Assembly: GCA_965243395.1 (NCBI GenBank)
Contig: CBDEUS010000002.1
Span: forward strand, 1-64,000
DNA from: Gammaproteobacteria bacterium
Lineage (GTDB): Bacteria > Pseudomonadota > Gammaproteobacteria > UBA4575
Length of the DNA: 64,000 bases
Direction: 5' to 3'
The translations under genes and the position numbers were made by a program. The notes beneath the pieces were generated by a model. That model ran no database searches and was not told the DNA's origin. It worked only from the letters and a program-made list of their open reading frames with translations. Below, in pieces: positions 33,460 to 43,538 of this stretch. The number at the start of each line of letters is the position of its first letter. Positions within the stretch are counted from its first letter, which is position 1.

Positions 33460-34650
33460 TTATCCAAGATTGACGCGTTTAACTGGTGAGATTAAACCAG
33501 CATCTTCGTCAGTCTCTTCGACCATTAAGTCATCTGTACCATCCAGTAAGTCTTGATTCTTAGATTCCTTACTATCGAGCTTCAAGCGTAAGCGTAGATC
33601 GTTCACCGAATCAGCATTACGCAATCCATCTTCCATGGTAATCAAACCTGATTCGATAAGATGGAATAGATGTTGGTCAAAGGTTTGCATGCCCAGCTCA
33701 TTCGATTTTGCTATTAAGCCTTTCATTTCATGCACTTGCCCTTTGAAAATTAAATCTGCCATCAATGGTGTGTTTAGCATTATTTCTACTGCAGGGACTC
33801 GACCGTCTTGACCCTTGATCGGCAATAATCTTTGTGAAACCACTGACTTTAAATTTAACGAGAGATCCATTAACAATTGATCGCGTCGGTCATCAGGGAA
33901 AAAGTTAATGATACGATCCAGTGCCTGGTTTGTACTGTTAGCGTGCAAAGTGGATAAACACAAATGACCCGTTTCTGCGAAAGCAATTGCATGCTCCATG
34001 GTTGCACGATCACGAATCTCACCAATTAGAATCACATCAGGCGCTTGTCGAAGAGTATTTTTTAAGGCAATTTCATAATCTTCTGTATCTACACCAACTT
34101 CGCGTTGAGTGATAATGCAATTCTTGTGCTTATGCACAAATTCGATCGGATCTTCAATGGTTACAATGTGTCCAAAACTATTTTCATTTCGATAACCCAC
34201 CATCGCAGCTAGCGAAGTAGACTTACCACTACCAGTTCCACCTACAAAAATCACCAAACCACGTTTAGTCATCGAAATGTCACGCAATACTGGAGGTAAT
34301 CTTAAAGACTCGAATTTCGGAATTTCAGAATTAATAACACGCAACACCATGCCGGGACTACCCCGTTGTGCAAAAGCGTTGACACGAAATCGAGATACAT
34401 TAGGTAAACTAATTGCAAAGTTACATTCCTGAGTTTCTTCAAATTCTCTAGATTGTTTGTCGTTCATAATTGAACGCACTAACACTTGGGCATGACTAGT
34501 AGTAAGTGGCTGGTTAGTTACTGGAACCATCTTGCCATCAATTTTCATTGAGGGTGGAGCGCCCACAGTAACGAATAAGTCTGAACCGCCTTTAGTTAAA
34601 AGGTTGCGCAATAAATCATGCATAAAGCTTATGGCTTTATCTCTATTCAT
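33460..34650 (-). CDS. pilU: Type IV pilus ATPase PilU
   Basis: GGTGSGKSTSLAAM, LKNTLRQAPDVILIGEIRD, NQALDRIINFF. Confidence 0.95.
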   Translation of the reverse strand: MNRDKAISFMHDLLRNLLTKGGSDLFVTVGAPPSMKIDGKMVPVTNQPLTTSHAQVLVRSIMNDKQSREFEETQECNFAISLPNVSRFRVNAFAQRGSPGMVLRVINSEIPKFESLRLPPVLRDISMTKRGLVIFVGGTGSGKSTSLAAMVGYRNENSFGHIVTIEDPIEFVHKHKNCIITQREVGVDTEDYEIALKNTLRQAPDVILIGEIRDRATMEHAIAFAETGHLCLSTLHANSTNQALDRIINFFPDDRRDQLLMDLSLNLKSVVSQRLLPIKGQDGRVPAVEIMLNTPLMADLIFKGQVHEMKGLIAKSNELGMQTFDQHLFHLIESGLITMEDGLRNADSVNDLRLRLKLDSKESKNQDLLDGTDDLMVEETDEDAGLISPVKRVNLG

Positions 34651-34693
34651 AGTTTCTACCTTTAGCTACAACTTTTCCTTGAATTAGAAAATT

Positions 34694-35728
34694 TTAAAAA
34701 TCATTTTTGTTCTCGGCTTTACGACGTGCTTCTTCACGCGCAATTAATCCTTTTGCCAAAATATCTTGTAAATTTTGATCCAATGTTTGCATACCCACAT
34801 TGTTACCCGTTTGAATCGCCGAATACATTTGTGCGACTTTATCTTCATTAATTAAGTTACGAATCGCGGGTGTACCAATCAAAATTTCATGTGCTGCAAC
34901 ACGACCACCACCAATCTTGCGACACAGTGTTTGTGATATGACAGCACGTATCGATGCGGCTAACATGGAGCGCACCATATCTTTTTCAGCACCAGGAAAT
35001 ACGTCGATTATTCGGTCAATGGTTTTTGCCGCTGAACTTGTGTGCAATGTTCCTAAAACTAAGTGACCCGTTTCTGCAGCCGTGAGTGCCAGTCGAATTG
35101 TTTCCAAGTCACGCAATTCGCCTACAAGAATCGTATCGGGATCTTCACGCAAGGCGGAACGAAGTGCTTCATTAAAACCTAAAGTATCGCGATGTACTTC
35201 ACGTTGGTTAATCAAACTTTTTTTACTTTCATGAACAAATTCGATCGGATCTTCAATAGTAAGAATATGGCTGTATTCGTTATCATTTTTATGATCCAAC
35301 ATGGCTGCAAGTGTAGTTGACTTCCCTGAGCCGGTTGGTCCTGTTACTAACACCAATCCACGTGGATAACTTGCAATCTCTGCGAAAATTTTTGGGCAGT
35401 CTAATTCTTCGAGAGTAAGGATTTTGCTAGGAATCGTTCTAAAAACTGCACCTGCGCCACGATTCTGAATAAATGCGTTGACACGAAATCGAGCCAAACC
35501 AGGGATCTCGAATGAGAAATCAGTTTCTAAAAATTCTTCGTAGTCTTTGCGTTGTTTATCGTTCATGATGTCATAAACCATTTCATGAACTTGACGATGT
35601 TCCATTGCAGGAACATTAATCCTTCTAACGTCACCATCTACACGAATCATGGGTGGCACACCTGCAGAGAGGTGTAAATCTGAAGCGCCATTTTTAACGC
35701 TAAATGCAAGCAACTGCGAAATGTCCAC
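34694..35728 (-). CDS. pilT: Type IV pilus retraction ATPase PilT
   Basis: ASDLHLSAG, GPTGSGKSTT, LREDPD, AIRNLI. Confidence 0.98.
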   Translation of the reverse strand: MDISQLLAFSVKNGASDLHLSAGVPPMIRVDGDVRRINVPAMEHRQVHEMVYDIMNDKQRKDYEEFLETDFSFEIPGLARFRVNAFIQNRGAGAVFRTIPSKILTLEELDCPKIFAEIASYPRGLVLVTGPTGSGKSTTLAAMLDHKNDNEYSHILTIEDPIEFVHESKKSLINQREVHRDTLGFNEALRSALREDPDTILVGELRDLETIRLALTAAETGHLVLGTLHTSSAAKTIDRIIDVFPGAEKDMVRSMLAASIRAVISQTLCRKIGGGRVAAHEILIGTPAIRNLINEDKVAQMYSAIQTGNNVGMQTLDQNLQDILAKGLIAREEARRKAENKNDF

Positions 35729-36090
35729 GAATACTCCTTTATCTAGCTCGGTTGAACACGCGTGGGGGGTATATGTACTTCCTGTATTTAAAATAACTCA
35801 GCATTAACCCTACCTTCCTCAGTCAGTTAGAGGCAGAATTATCCTTACCACTGACTCTGGACTGAGCATCTAATAACGCTAGTGTCGATGGAATATAGAG
35901 GTGTGGACTTTGATTCTCGACAAGCCGCCAATTTCATGCGACTAAATGGCCGGGAACACTTCATTGTGACAAAAAATTGAGCAAAATAGAGTTACTTATC
36001 ACAACTTTACCGTTAATCTGAAAGTGTGAAACACATCAAATTTTGGCTCAAGAATACCTCTTAATAGATCAAACAAATTACAACAAAAAC

Positions 36091-36798
36091 ATGGCCGATA
36101 ATTTTCAAATTGAGCACAATCTAAAACAAGTTTTATTAACTATACGAGAGTTAGAAAAAAAATATAAACGTCCAAAAAATAGCGTGCGGCTACTTGCAGT
36201 GAGTAAAACAAAACCTATTGAAGACATAATTACGGCACACGCTTATGGACAAATATCATTTGGTGAAAATTATGTGCAGGAAGCAGTCGAAAAAATAAAT
36301 GCATTAAAAAATAATTCAGATGAAACAAATAAAATAGAATGGCACTTTATTGGGCCTTTACAAAAAAATAAAACACGCTTAATTGCTGAAAATTTCGACT
36401 GGATACATAGTGTAGATCGGTACATCATCGCACAACGGTTAAGCGAGCAACGACCAAAAGACCTTCCTCCACTACAAGTATGTATACAGATAAATATTGA
36501 TCAAGAAGAATCAAAATCAGGCGTAACAGTCGACAAAATTCAACGCTTAGCAGAAGATATTGCAGATTTAAAAAATCTTAAATTGCGTGGTTTAATGGCA
36601 ATTCCCAAGATAAGCAGCGATACTACGCAGCAACGTAAATCATTTGCAGCGTTAAGTGAACAGCTAGAACACTTGAATCAGCAAGGCTTCGAGCTTGACA
36701 CCTTATCGATGGGTATGAGTGCTGATCTGGAGGCGGCCATTGCTGAAGGTGCAACTATAGTGCGTATTGGAACAGCAATTTTTGGCAAACGTGATTAA
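36091..36798 (+). CDS. yggS: PLP homeostasis protein YggS
   Basis: LAVSKT, FGENYVQE, WHFIGPLQKNK, LSMGMS, VRIGTAIFG; ATG 36091 preferred to the upstream TTG. Confidence 0.96.
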   Translation: MADNFQIEHNLKQVLLTIRELEKKYKRPKNSVRLLAVSKTKPIEDIITAHAYGQISFGENYVQEAVEKINALKNNSDETNKIEWHFIGPLQKNKTRLIAENFDWIHSVDRYIIAQRLSEQRPKDLPPLQVCIQINIDQEESKSGVTVDKIQRLAEDIADLKNLKLRGLMAIPKISSDTTQQRKSFAALSEQLEHLNQQGFELDTLSMGMSADLEAAIAEGATIVRIGTAIFGKRD

Positions 36799-36811
36799 AT
36801 AGAGTTTAGAT

Positions 36812-37645
36812 ATGAATTCACTTCAGCATAACCTAAATATTGTATTCATTGGTGGCGGCAATATGGGTCAAGCTTTAGTTACGGGTCTACTTGACAGTGG
36901 TTGGCCTGCGGACAACATTGCCATTGTTGACAATGATCACGCCATGACAGCAATTCTCAAAGAAAAATTCCCGCGTTGCCATATCTATTCTCAATCTGAA
37001 GCTGCTCTTAACTTAGCAGACGTAGTTGTATTAGCAGTAAAGCCCCAGGTCATACAAACAGCTTGCGAACAAATTGCTGCGCAGTGCCAAATCAAACGCC
37101 CTTTGATTATCTCCATCGCTGCAGGAATACTAATTAATAGTATTGATCACTGGCTGGGGGGTGAGCTGCCTATTATTCGCTGCATGCCCAATACCCCGGC
37201 TCTCGTACAAGCAGGAGTCACGGGTTTATATGCAACCGAGGAGGTATCAGCAGAACAACATGAGATTGCGGATCAAATATTGAGTTGCGTAGGCGATGTA
37301 TGTTGGCTAGATGATGAAACATTACTCGATGCAGTAACGGCTTTATCCGGAAGTGGTCCTGCATATTTCTTTTATTTAATCGAAGCCATGATAGAAGCAG
37401 GAAAAAGCCTAGGACTTACTGAAACTCAAGCTCGCGAGCTCACCGTGGCGACCGCCGCCGGTGCCGCCAAACTCATTAAGAAAAGCGGCAAATCTGCACA
37501 AGATCTACGTCTTGCGGTAACCTCTAAGGGTGGAACTACAGAGGCTGCAATAAACTCTTTACAAGAACATGAAATGAAAAAAATAATCGATACTGCAATC
37601 AACAAAGCAGCAGAAAAATCCAAATTGTTAGCAAATACTAAATAA
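36812..37645 (+). CDS. proC: Pyrroline-5-carboxylate reductase
   Basis: FIGGGNM, LAVKPQ, RCMPNTP, SGSGPAY, VTSKGGTT. Confidence 0.97.
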   Translation: MNSLQHNLNIVFIGGGNMGQALVTGLLDSGWPADNIAIVDNDHAMTAILKEKFPRCHIYSQSEAALNLADVVVLAVKPQVIQTACEQIAAQCQIKRPLIISIAAGILINSIDHWLGGELPIIRCMPNTPALVQAGVTGLYATEEVSAEQHEIADQILSCVGDVCWLDDETLLDAVTALSGSGPAYFFYLIEAMIEAGKSLGLTETQARELTVATAAGAAKLIKKSGKSAQDLRLAVTSKGGTTEAAINSLQEHEMKKIIDTAINKAAEKSKLLANTK

Positions 37646-37652
37646 ATACCTA

Positions 37653-38204
37653 ATGAACGCAATTAGTAATGTTTTAGACTTTTTAATACATGTTTTATTT
37701 ACCATGTATATTTATGCAGTTATTCTCCGCATGCTGCTTGGTTACACTCGTGCTGATTTTTACAATCCTTTTTCGCAATTTATTTTAACTGTCACCAATC
37801 CAGTCCTAACTCCATTACGAAAATTCATTCCAAGCCTGGGTGGAATAGATACTTCTGCAATTATTTTAATTTTAGTTTTAAAATTTGTTGAACTTGCTTT
37901 ACGTAGTTTTCTAATTGGTAAACAAGTTTTATTAAGCGCTCTTATCGTGCCGTCTATTATTGGTGTACTGCAACAGATTCTGAATATATTTATTTTTGCA
38001 ATAATTATATTGGTAATCATCAGCTGGGTCGCCCCTCATATGCATGGACAAAGCAATCCTATTACTCCTATTTTACGGGCAATCACTGAGCCCTTAATAC
38101 GCCCTGCCCGCAAGTTGATCCCTCCGGTAGGAATATTTGATCTTTCAACACTTGTGGTTTTGTTAGCCCTCTATTGCATAAAAATCTTTTTGCACTCTTT
38201 ATAA
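37653..38204 (+). CDS. yggT: YggT family membrane protein
   Basis: ADFYNPFSQF...T.P...PLR repeat; follows proC. Confidence 0.92.
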   Translation: MNAISNVLDFLIHVLFTMYIYAVILRMLLGYTRADFYNPFSQFILTVTNPVLTPLRKFIPSLGGIDTSAIILILVLKFVELALRSFLIGKQVLLSALIVPSIIGVLQQILNIFIFAIIILVIISWVAPHMHGQSNPITPILRAITEPLIRPARKLIPPVGIFDLSTLVVLLALYCIKIFLHSL

Positions 38205-38271
38205 GAGATTGCACGTATACCAAGTGACGATTACACTGGGTAAGTAATAACCGTTAATTTATTATTTAAAC

Positions 38272-39408
38272 GTGCCTGATACTCTTCCTGCAGATTCCGT
38301 TGGTCTCGTAGAGACACAATTTCTTACGGTCAAGGAAACTTTAACTCTTGATTGTGGGCGTTCATTACCTGATTTTACGCTTGCATATGAAACCTACGGA
38401 ACTCTTAATGCTGAAAAAAGTAATGCGATATTAATTTGCCATGCACTTTCTGGTGACCAACATGTTGCAGGTTACAACAGCATGGAAGAACGCAAACCTG
38501 GTTGGTGGGATAATTGCATTGGACCTGGCAAACCATTTGATACAGATCATTTTTTTATTGTTTGTCCAAATAATTTAGGTGGATGTAAAGGTAGCAGTGG
38601 ACCAAATACACTCAACCCTAAAACAGGTAAACCTTATGGCCCAGACTTCCCTCTAGTGACTGTGCGAGACTGGGTAAACAGTCAAACTTATCTTGCTGAT
38701 TCGCTTGGCATTAAACAGTGGGCTGCACTAATTGGCGGCAGCTTGGGAGGTATGCAGGTCATGCAATGGGCCATTGATTACCCTGAGCGATTACGACATG
38801 CATTAGTCATTGCAGCTACGCCAAAATTAACTGCACAAAATATTGCGTTTAATGAAGTAGCACGCCAGGCAATATTTTCTGATCCTGATTTTTATGCAGG
38901 TCGATATTATGAACACAATACTATACCTCGCCAAGGTTTAATGCTCGCACGTATGCTTGGACATATAACTTATTTATCTGATGATGCTATGCGTGAAAAA
39001 TTTGGTCGCGATTTGCGTGAAGGTAAACTAAATTTCGGATTTGATGTTGAATTCCAAGTTGAAAGTTATTTGCGATATCAAGGAAAATCTTTTGTAGATC
39101 GTTTTGATGCCAATACTTATTTGTTAATGACTAAAGTACTTGATTACTTTGATCCTGCTTTACAATTTAATCATGATTTATCTCTTGCATTTAAAAATAC
39201 AGATGCAAATTTCTTAGTAGTCTCTTTCACAGGAGATTGGAGATTTACACCTGCCCGTTCTCGCGAAATTGTTCGCGCGCTAATTGCTGCAAACAAGAAA
39301 GTTAGTTATGCAGAAATAGAAGCAGAATTAGGTCACGACGCATTCCTTACTCGTATCCCTGAGTATCATGGTGTGTTGAACGCGTATATGGATACGATAG
39401 AAATATAA
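38272..39408 (+). CDS. metX: Homoserine O-acyltransferase (MetX family)
   Basis: YETYG.LN, CHALSG, GGSLGG nucleophile, GHDAFL. Confidence 0.96.
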   Translation: MPDTLPADSVGLVETQFLTVKETLTLDCGRSLPDFTLAYETYGTLNAEKSNAILICHALSGDQHVAGYNSMEERKPGWWDNCIGPGKPFDTDHFFIVCPNNLGGCKGSSGPNTLNPKTGKPYGPDFPLVTVRDWVNSQTYLADSLGIKQWAALIGGSLGGMQVMQWAIDYPERLRHALVIAATPKLTAQNIAFNEVARQAIFSDPDFYAGRYYEHNTIPRQGLMLARMLGHITYLSDDAMREKFGRDLREGKLNFGFDVEFQVESYLRYQGKSFVDRFDANTYLLMTKVLDYFDPALQFNHDLSLAFKNTDANFLVVSFTGDWRFTPARSREIVRALIAANKKVSYAEIEAELGHDAFLTRIPEYHGVLNAYMDTIEI

Positions 39409-39428
39409 TTGAATAGTTAAAACTAACT

Positions 39429-40055
39429 ATGAGCAAATCACCAACAAATACATTAAGACCTGATTTAGAGCTCATATGTGAGTGGATTAAACCTAACACA
39501 CGCATTCTTGATCTAGGCTGCGGTGATGGTGCACTACTGAACCATTTATATAAAACTCGCAATGTTACAGGTTATGGTTTAGAAATTGATCAGGCAAATA
39601 TTATTCAATGTATTACAAAAGGCGTTCAAGTTATCCAAACAAACTTGGATGAAGGTATTACTGAATTTTTTGATGAAAATTCGTTTGACTATGTAGTCAT
39701 GACCCAAACCTTGCAGGCGATTCAGCACCCCGATCAACTATTAAGTGAAATGATGCGCATTGGCAAGGAAGGTATTGTCACTTTCCCGAATATGGCCTAT
39801 TGGCGAAACCGTTTGCAATTGGCCCTTGGGGGTCATATGCCTATCACGCGCACTTTGCCAAATTCATGGTATGACACACCAAACATTCATCTCTGCTCAT
39901 TACATGATTTTGAGCTTTTATGTGAGCAAAACAGTATAAATATTATACAAAGGACTGTCGTCGATCACGCCCATCGATACAGTGTTCGCACCAAGCTATT
40001 TCCCAATCTACTCGGCGAGATCGCGATTTATCGTTTCTGTAAAAACTCGGGCTAA
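39429..40055 (+). CDS. metW: Methionine biosynthesis protein MetW
   Basis: LDLGCGDG, QTLQA, WYDTPNIH; follows metX. Confidence 0.95.
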   Translation: MSKSPTNTLRPDLELICEWIKPNTRILDLGCGDGALLNHLYKTRNVTGYGLEIDQANIIQCITKGVQVIQTNLDEGITEFFDENSFDYVVMTQTLQAIQHPDQLLSEMMRIGKEGIVTFPNMAYWRNRLQLALGGHMPITRTLPNSWYDTPNIHLCSLHDFELLCEQNSINIIQRTVVDHAHRYSVRTKLFPNLLGEIAIYRFCKNSG

Positions 40056-40241
40056 ATTCAATATTAAAAATTGATAAAGTCGTAGGTCAATTCAAGAAGT
40101 TTAGTTTTAAAATTCATTTTTTTGAAAAAAGTGCTATGTTCTTCGCATTTTTTAGAACATTGCTATTGTATTTTTTTTCATAGTGTTTGATCATACTGCC
40201 GCACTTTATTACTGTTCATTATCGAATTAGAGGATTTATGC

Positions 40242-40571
40242 ATGGCCGCTACAAAAAGCTCATCTGTTAAGAAACCACCTACAAAATCAGAAATATTGAA
40301 TTTCATCTCAGGTGAAACCGATCTCTCCCGCAAAGAGGTCTCATCAGTATTTGATGCTCTAGAAAAAATTATTGCTAGAGAATTAAAACCACGTGGCGCA
40401 GGATATTTTAATCTTCCAGGTCTGTTGAAGATCAAGGTTGTGAAAAAGCCTGCTCGTAAAGCTCGCAAAGGCATCAACCCATTCACGGGTGAAGAAATGA
40501 TGTTCAAAGCAAAACCTGCTAGCAAAGGAATTAAGGTTCTACCGCTTAAAGGTTTGAAAAGCATGGTTTAA
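40242..40571 (+). CDS. HU/IHF-family histone-like DNA-binding protein
   Basis: TKSE.., PGLLKI, ARKGINPFTGEEM..KAKPA; Lys-rich. Confidence 0.92.
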   Translation: MAATKSSSVKKPPTKSEILNFISGETDLSRKEVSSVFDALEKIIARELKPRGAGYFNLPGLLKIKVVKKPARKARKGINPFTGEEMMFKAKPASKGIKVLPLKGLKSMV

Positions 40572-40572
40572 T

Positions 40573-40612
40573 AAAAAAGGGTGCGCAATAATTGATTGAC
40601 GCACCCTTTTTT
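40573..40612. terminator. Bidirectional intrinsic terminator
   Basis: aaaaaagggtgcg...cgcacccttttt between convergent genes. Confidence 0.9.
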
Positions 40613-40641
40613 AATTTTACAATTTATGTTTTAGCTAGTTG

Positions 40642-41094
40642 CTAAAGCTCTACAACACTCAGTTTAGTTTGAATATAAACACTATGTGGTATATAGAGTA
40701 AGTCAGCAATTTTTCTAATTTGGTACTCCTCATACTTATCTAAATTATTGTCTGCGTAAGCCACGCGCCATAAATCTTCTAACAAAATTCTTTTTTCCTC
40801 TTCATTACAACTTTCGTTAATTATTTTAACGAATGGATGAATAGAAACATGGCTTTCCTGTTCTGTTCGTGCCAAATTTATCAAATTATCTACTTCTTCA
40901 TTGGAAAAATTAAATCTCTCTGATAATGAATTTGCAATTTCTACTAACTCTTCATCTTGGATATCAAAATCAGCACGACTCACTTCTAACAACAATGCGG
41001 CAGATGCTAAATGCAAAATTTGTTGCTCATCGACTTCATGGTCACTATTTTTACTTATCTTTTCTTGAATAAAGTCGGCAATTGATCGAAACAT
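40642..41094 (-). CDS. TerB-family protein
   Basis: LLLEVSRAD, LWRVAYAD..LDKYEE..IRKIADLL. Confidence 0.85.
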   Translation of the reverse strand: MFRSIADFIQEKISKNSDHEVDEQQILHLASAALLLEVSRADFDIQDEELVEIANSLSERFNFSNEEVDNLINLARTEQESHVSIHPFVKIINESCNEEEKRILLEDLWRVAYADNNLDKYEEYQIRKIADLLYIPHSVYIQTKLSVVEL

Positions 41095-41120
41095 GTTATT
41101 ACTATGAAGTAAATTGCTTG

Positions 41121-41432
41121 TTAATTATTCGCTCTATAGTTTTGATATGCGCCGTTTTCAAAGCAATCAAAAAAGTCTTCGGTTAGCGGGTGTGTAATGG
41201 GTTCTGCACTTGCATCTATCTCTAAATGTCTTTCCGCAACATAGGTCGTCATCAACTGCCCATCAACTAACACGTGATACCATGGCTTATCTTTGGGAGG
41301 TCGGGACTTTGCAACCTTCATATACCACTCTTCGGTACCTGTGTATTCAGCATCTACATCGTAAATTACACCGCGATAATTAAATTTTTTATGCACGATT
41401 AGCTGGCCAATTGAAAATTGTGCTTTATGCAT
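41121..41432 (-). CDS. hspQ: Heat shock protein HspQ (YccV-like)
   Basis: FSIGQLIVH..YRGVIYDVD, PWYHVL, TYVAE. Confidence 0.93.
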   Translation of the reverse strand: MHKAQFSIGQLIVHKKFNYRGVIYDVDAEYTGTEEWYMKVAKSRPPKDKPWYHVLVDGQLMTTYVAERHLEIDASAEPITHPLTEDFFDCFENGAYQNYRANN

Positions 41433-41604
41433 AATCCTGACTCCTGATGAATTAATTTGTGATTAAACTTAATGATTTTTATACCTACCATACTCTATAT
41501 CTATAAAAGATCCATGGTATATACGACATAATCTGCTAGGCTATGGAAATTATAATTCATTGTAATTTTTTGAATAATCTCTTTACGTATGTATCGGCCA
41601 AAAA

Positions 41605-41901
41605 ATGACACCTCGAAGTAAAGAACAACGTATATTAATTGTAATGCGTAAATTATTAGCGCAAATTGTAAAAGATACAACGCCAGGACCTGGCATGCGA
41701 CACCCTCTGAGCGAACAAACTATAAAGGATATACGCGACTGCTTTGGTCTAATTTCAGCAAGAGAACGCGAACTCACTGAACAGGCGGGCATTGTAAACA
41801 AAGACCGGCCACGTTACATAGATGAACCAAAAACCTCAACAGTAATCGAATTTAGAAAGCCCAATAAATCTTCAGATGACAATTCATCAGAAGACGAATA
41901 A
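41605..41901 (+). CDS. Conserved-looking hypothetical protein
   Basis: 98-aa ORF with KDTTP.PGMRHPLS..I.DIR.C..LISARERE; no function recognised. Confidence 0.7.
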   Translation: MTPRSKEQRILIVMRKLLAQIVKDTTPGPGMRHPLSEQTIKDIRDCFGLISARERELTEQAGIVNKDRPRYIDEPKTSTVIEFRKPNKSSDDNSSEDE

Positions 41902-41933
41902 TTTCATGAATTACGTGCATCAGCATATTTCCA

Positions 41934-42338
41934 ATGCCCTCACGAACTGCCCAACAGCAAATAGAAGTTACACGACATACGATGCGCATTCTTGACGAAT
42001 GGGGAGTACCTGGTAAGAATATAATTACTCTTTTAGCATTACCAAACAAAATTAGACTTCGTCACTTAGACCGCTATCGCGATGGCGAGGCTTTTCCAGA
42101 GTCTTCTGAAATTATGGAACGTGTCACTCATATTGCAGGAATAGCAGATGCACTGCGAACCAGTTTCCCACGCAACTCACACATGGGTGTTCTATGGATG
42201 CAAACACCGCATCGACGCTTTCAAAATCAAACGCCTTTACATATGTTATTAGAACAAGGATTAAACGGATTACGCATGGTTCGCTCCGAGTTAGACTGTG
42301 CATTTTCCTGGGACGAATCACATAATAATTACAAATAA
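41934..42338 (+). CDS. MbcA/ParS/Xre antitoxin-like (DUF2384-like) protein
   Basis: C-terminal WM..PH..F...TP...L..GL..VR..LD pattern. Confidence 0.65.
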   Translation: MPSRTAQQQIEVTRHTMRILDEWGVPGKNIITLLALPNKIRLRHLDRYRDGEAFPESSEIMERVTHIAGIADALRTSFPRNSHMGVLWMQTPHRRFQNQTPLHMLLEQGLNGLRMVRSELDCAFSWDESHNNYK

Positions 42339-42423
42339 TTAATCCAGGCATTTACATTGTTTGTTTCATCTACAAACATGCATGTTTATAATGTCCTTAC
42401 AAGTAACTCTTTAGCATTTTCAA

Positions 42424-42840
42424 ATGGAATTATTAGCCGACATTAAAGTAAAACTTGAGCCTGGAGTAGAAATTACTCCCGAGAACAAGTGCGGATTTTG
42501 TACAAATTCGTATTGCTGTAGCTATGTAACTGAAGAATTAGAAACACCAAAGAAAAAAGAAGACTATGAGCACATGCTATGGCAAGTGTCGCATGAGAAT
42601 GTTTCGGTTTATAAAGATGATGAAGGCTGGTGGGTATCTTTTGCAGCTAAGTGTAGCCATTTGCAGCCCGATGGAGGTTGCGGTATCTATGATGTGCGCC
42701 CACAAATCTGCCGTGACCATTCTAACGATTATTGTGAATTTGACTCACCGGCAGAAGATGACTTCGACCTATACTTCCCTGACTATGAATCCTTACTGAA
42801 GTATTGCAAAAAACGTTTCAAACGCTGGAAAAGAGGGTAA
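42424..42840 (+). CDS. YkgJ-family cysteine-cluster (CxxCxxCC) protein
   Basis: CGFCTNSYCC, C.HL...CGIYDVRPQICR. Confidence 0.88.
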   Translation: MELLADIKVKLEPGVEITPENKCGFCTNSYCCSYVTEELETPKKKEDYEHMLWQVSHENVSVYKDDEGWWVSFAAKCSHLQPDGGCGIYDVRPQICRDHSNDYCEFDSPAEDDFDLYFPDYESLLKYCKKRFKRWKRG

Positions 42841-42845
42841 GCACT

Positions 42846-43508
42846 TTATTCCGGCATAATCTCTGCAAAATCGGCTATAGCATTAAAATGCAAAGTATCT
42901 TGTATCGGCTTTGAACTATCTGGCTGTTTGATCGAGATTAGATGCTTTACTCCGTAAGATTCTGCTGCAGCCAAGACCGAAAGATTATCGTCTATGAAAA
43001 GAGTCGTCTGTGGATCAAATGGTTCAGCCTCCATCAGTTTATGCCAAAATTCCTGTTCTTCTTTGGCGTAGCCATAATCATGTGAGGAAATTATTTTTCC
43101 AAAGTGCCTTTCGAGCTCAAGATGATCCATTTTGACTGCAATACTTTTACGGTGTGCATTTGTTACTAAAGCAATATTTTTATTATGGTGGCTGAGCTTT
43201 TTCAGGAACTTTTCAACATTCGGGAAGATCTGAATGTGTTTAGCCACCTCACGCTTTAATGCTGCAATATCTAAATCAAGCTCATTGCTCCAGTAGTCAA
43301 CACAATACCAGTCTAATGAACCAGACTTACTCCTGTAATGCGCCAGTAACTTCTGCTTGGCAACATCCAATTCTATTGCATGTTTTTGACTGAATCGCAG
43401 CGGTACATGCTCATGCCAAAAATAGTTATCAAAATACAAATCTAACAATGTACCATCCATATCTAAAAATACTGTGGTAATCGTTTTCCAGTCCATTGGT
43501 ATTTGCAT
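42846..43508 (-). CDS. yrfG: GMP/IMP nucleotidase (HAD family)
   Basis: LDMDGTLLDLYFDN.FW, LDWYCVDYW, LVTNAH, FIDD. Confidence 0.93.
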   Translation of the reverse strand: MQIPMDWKTITTVFLDMDGTLLDLYFDNYFWHEHVPLRFSQKHAIELDVAKQKLLAHYRSKSGSLDWYCVDYWSNELDLDIAALKREVAKHIQIFPNVEKFLKKLSHHNKNIALVTNAHRKSIAVKMDHLELERHFGKIISSHDYGYAKEEQEFWHKLMEAEPFDPQTTLFIDDNLSVLAAAESYGVKHLISIKQPDSSKPIQDTLHFNAIADFAEIMPE

Positions 43509-43538
43509 TAAATATCAGATGCTTGATAATTACATAAC

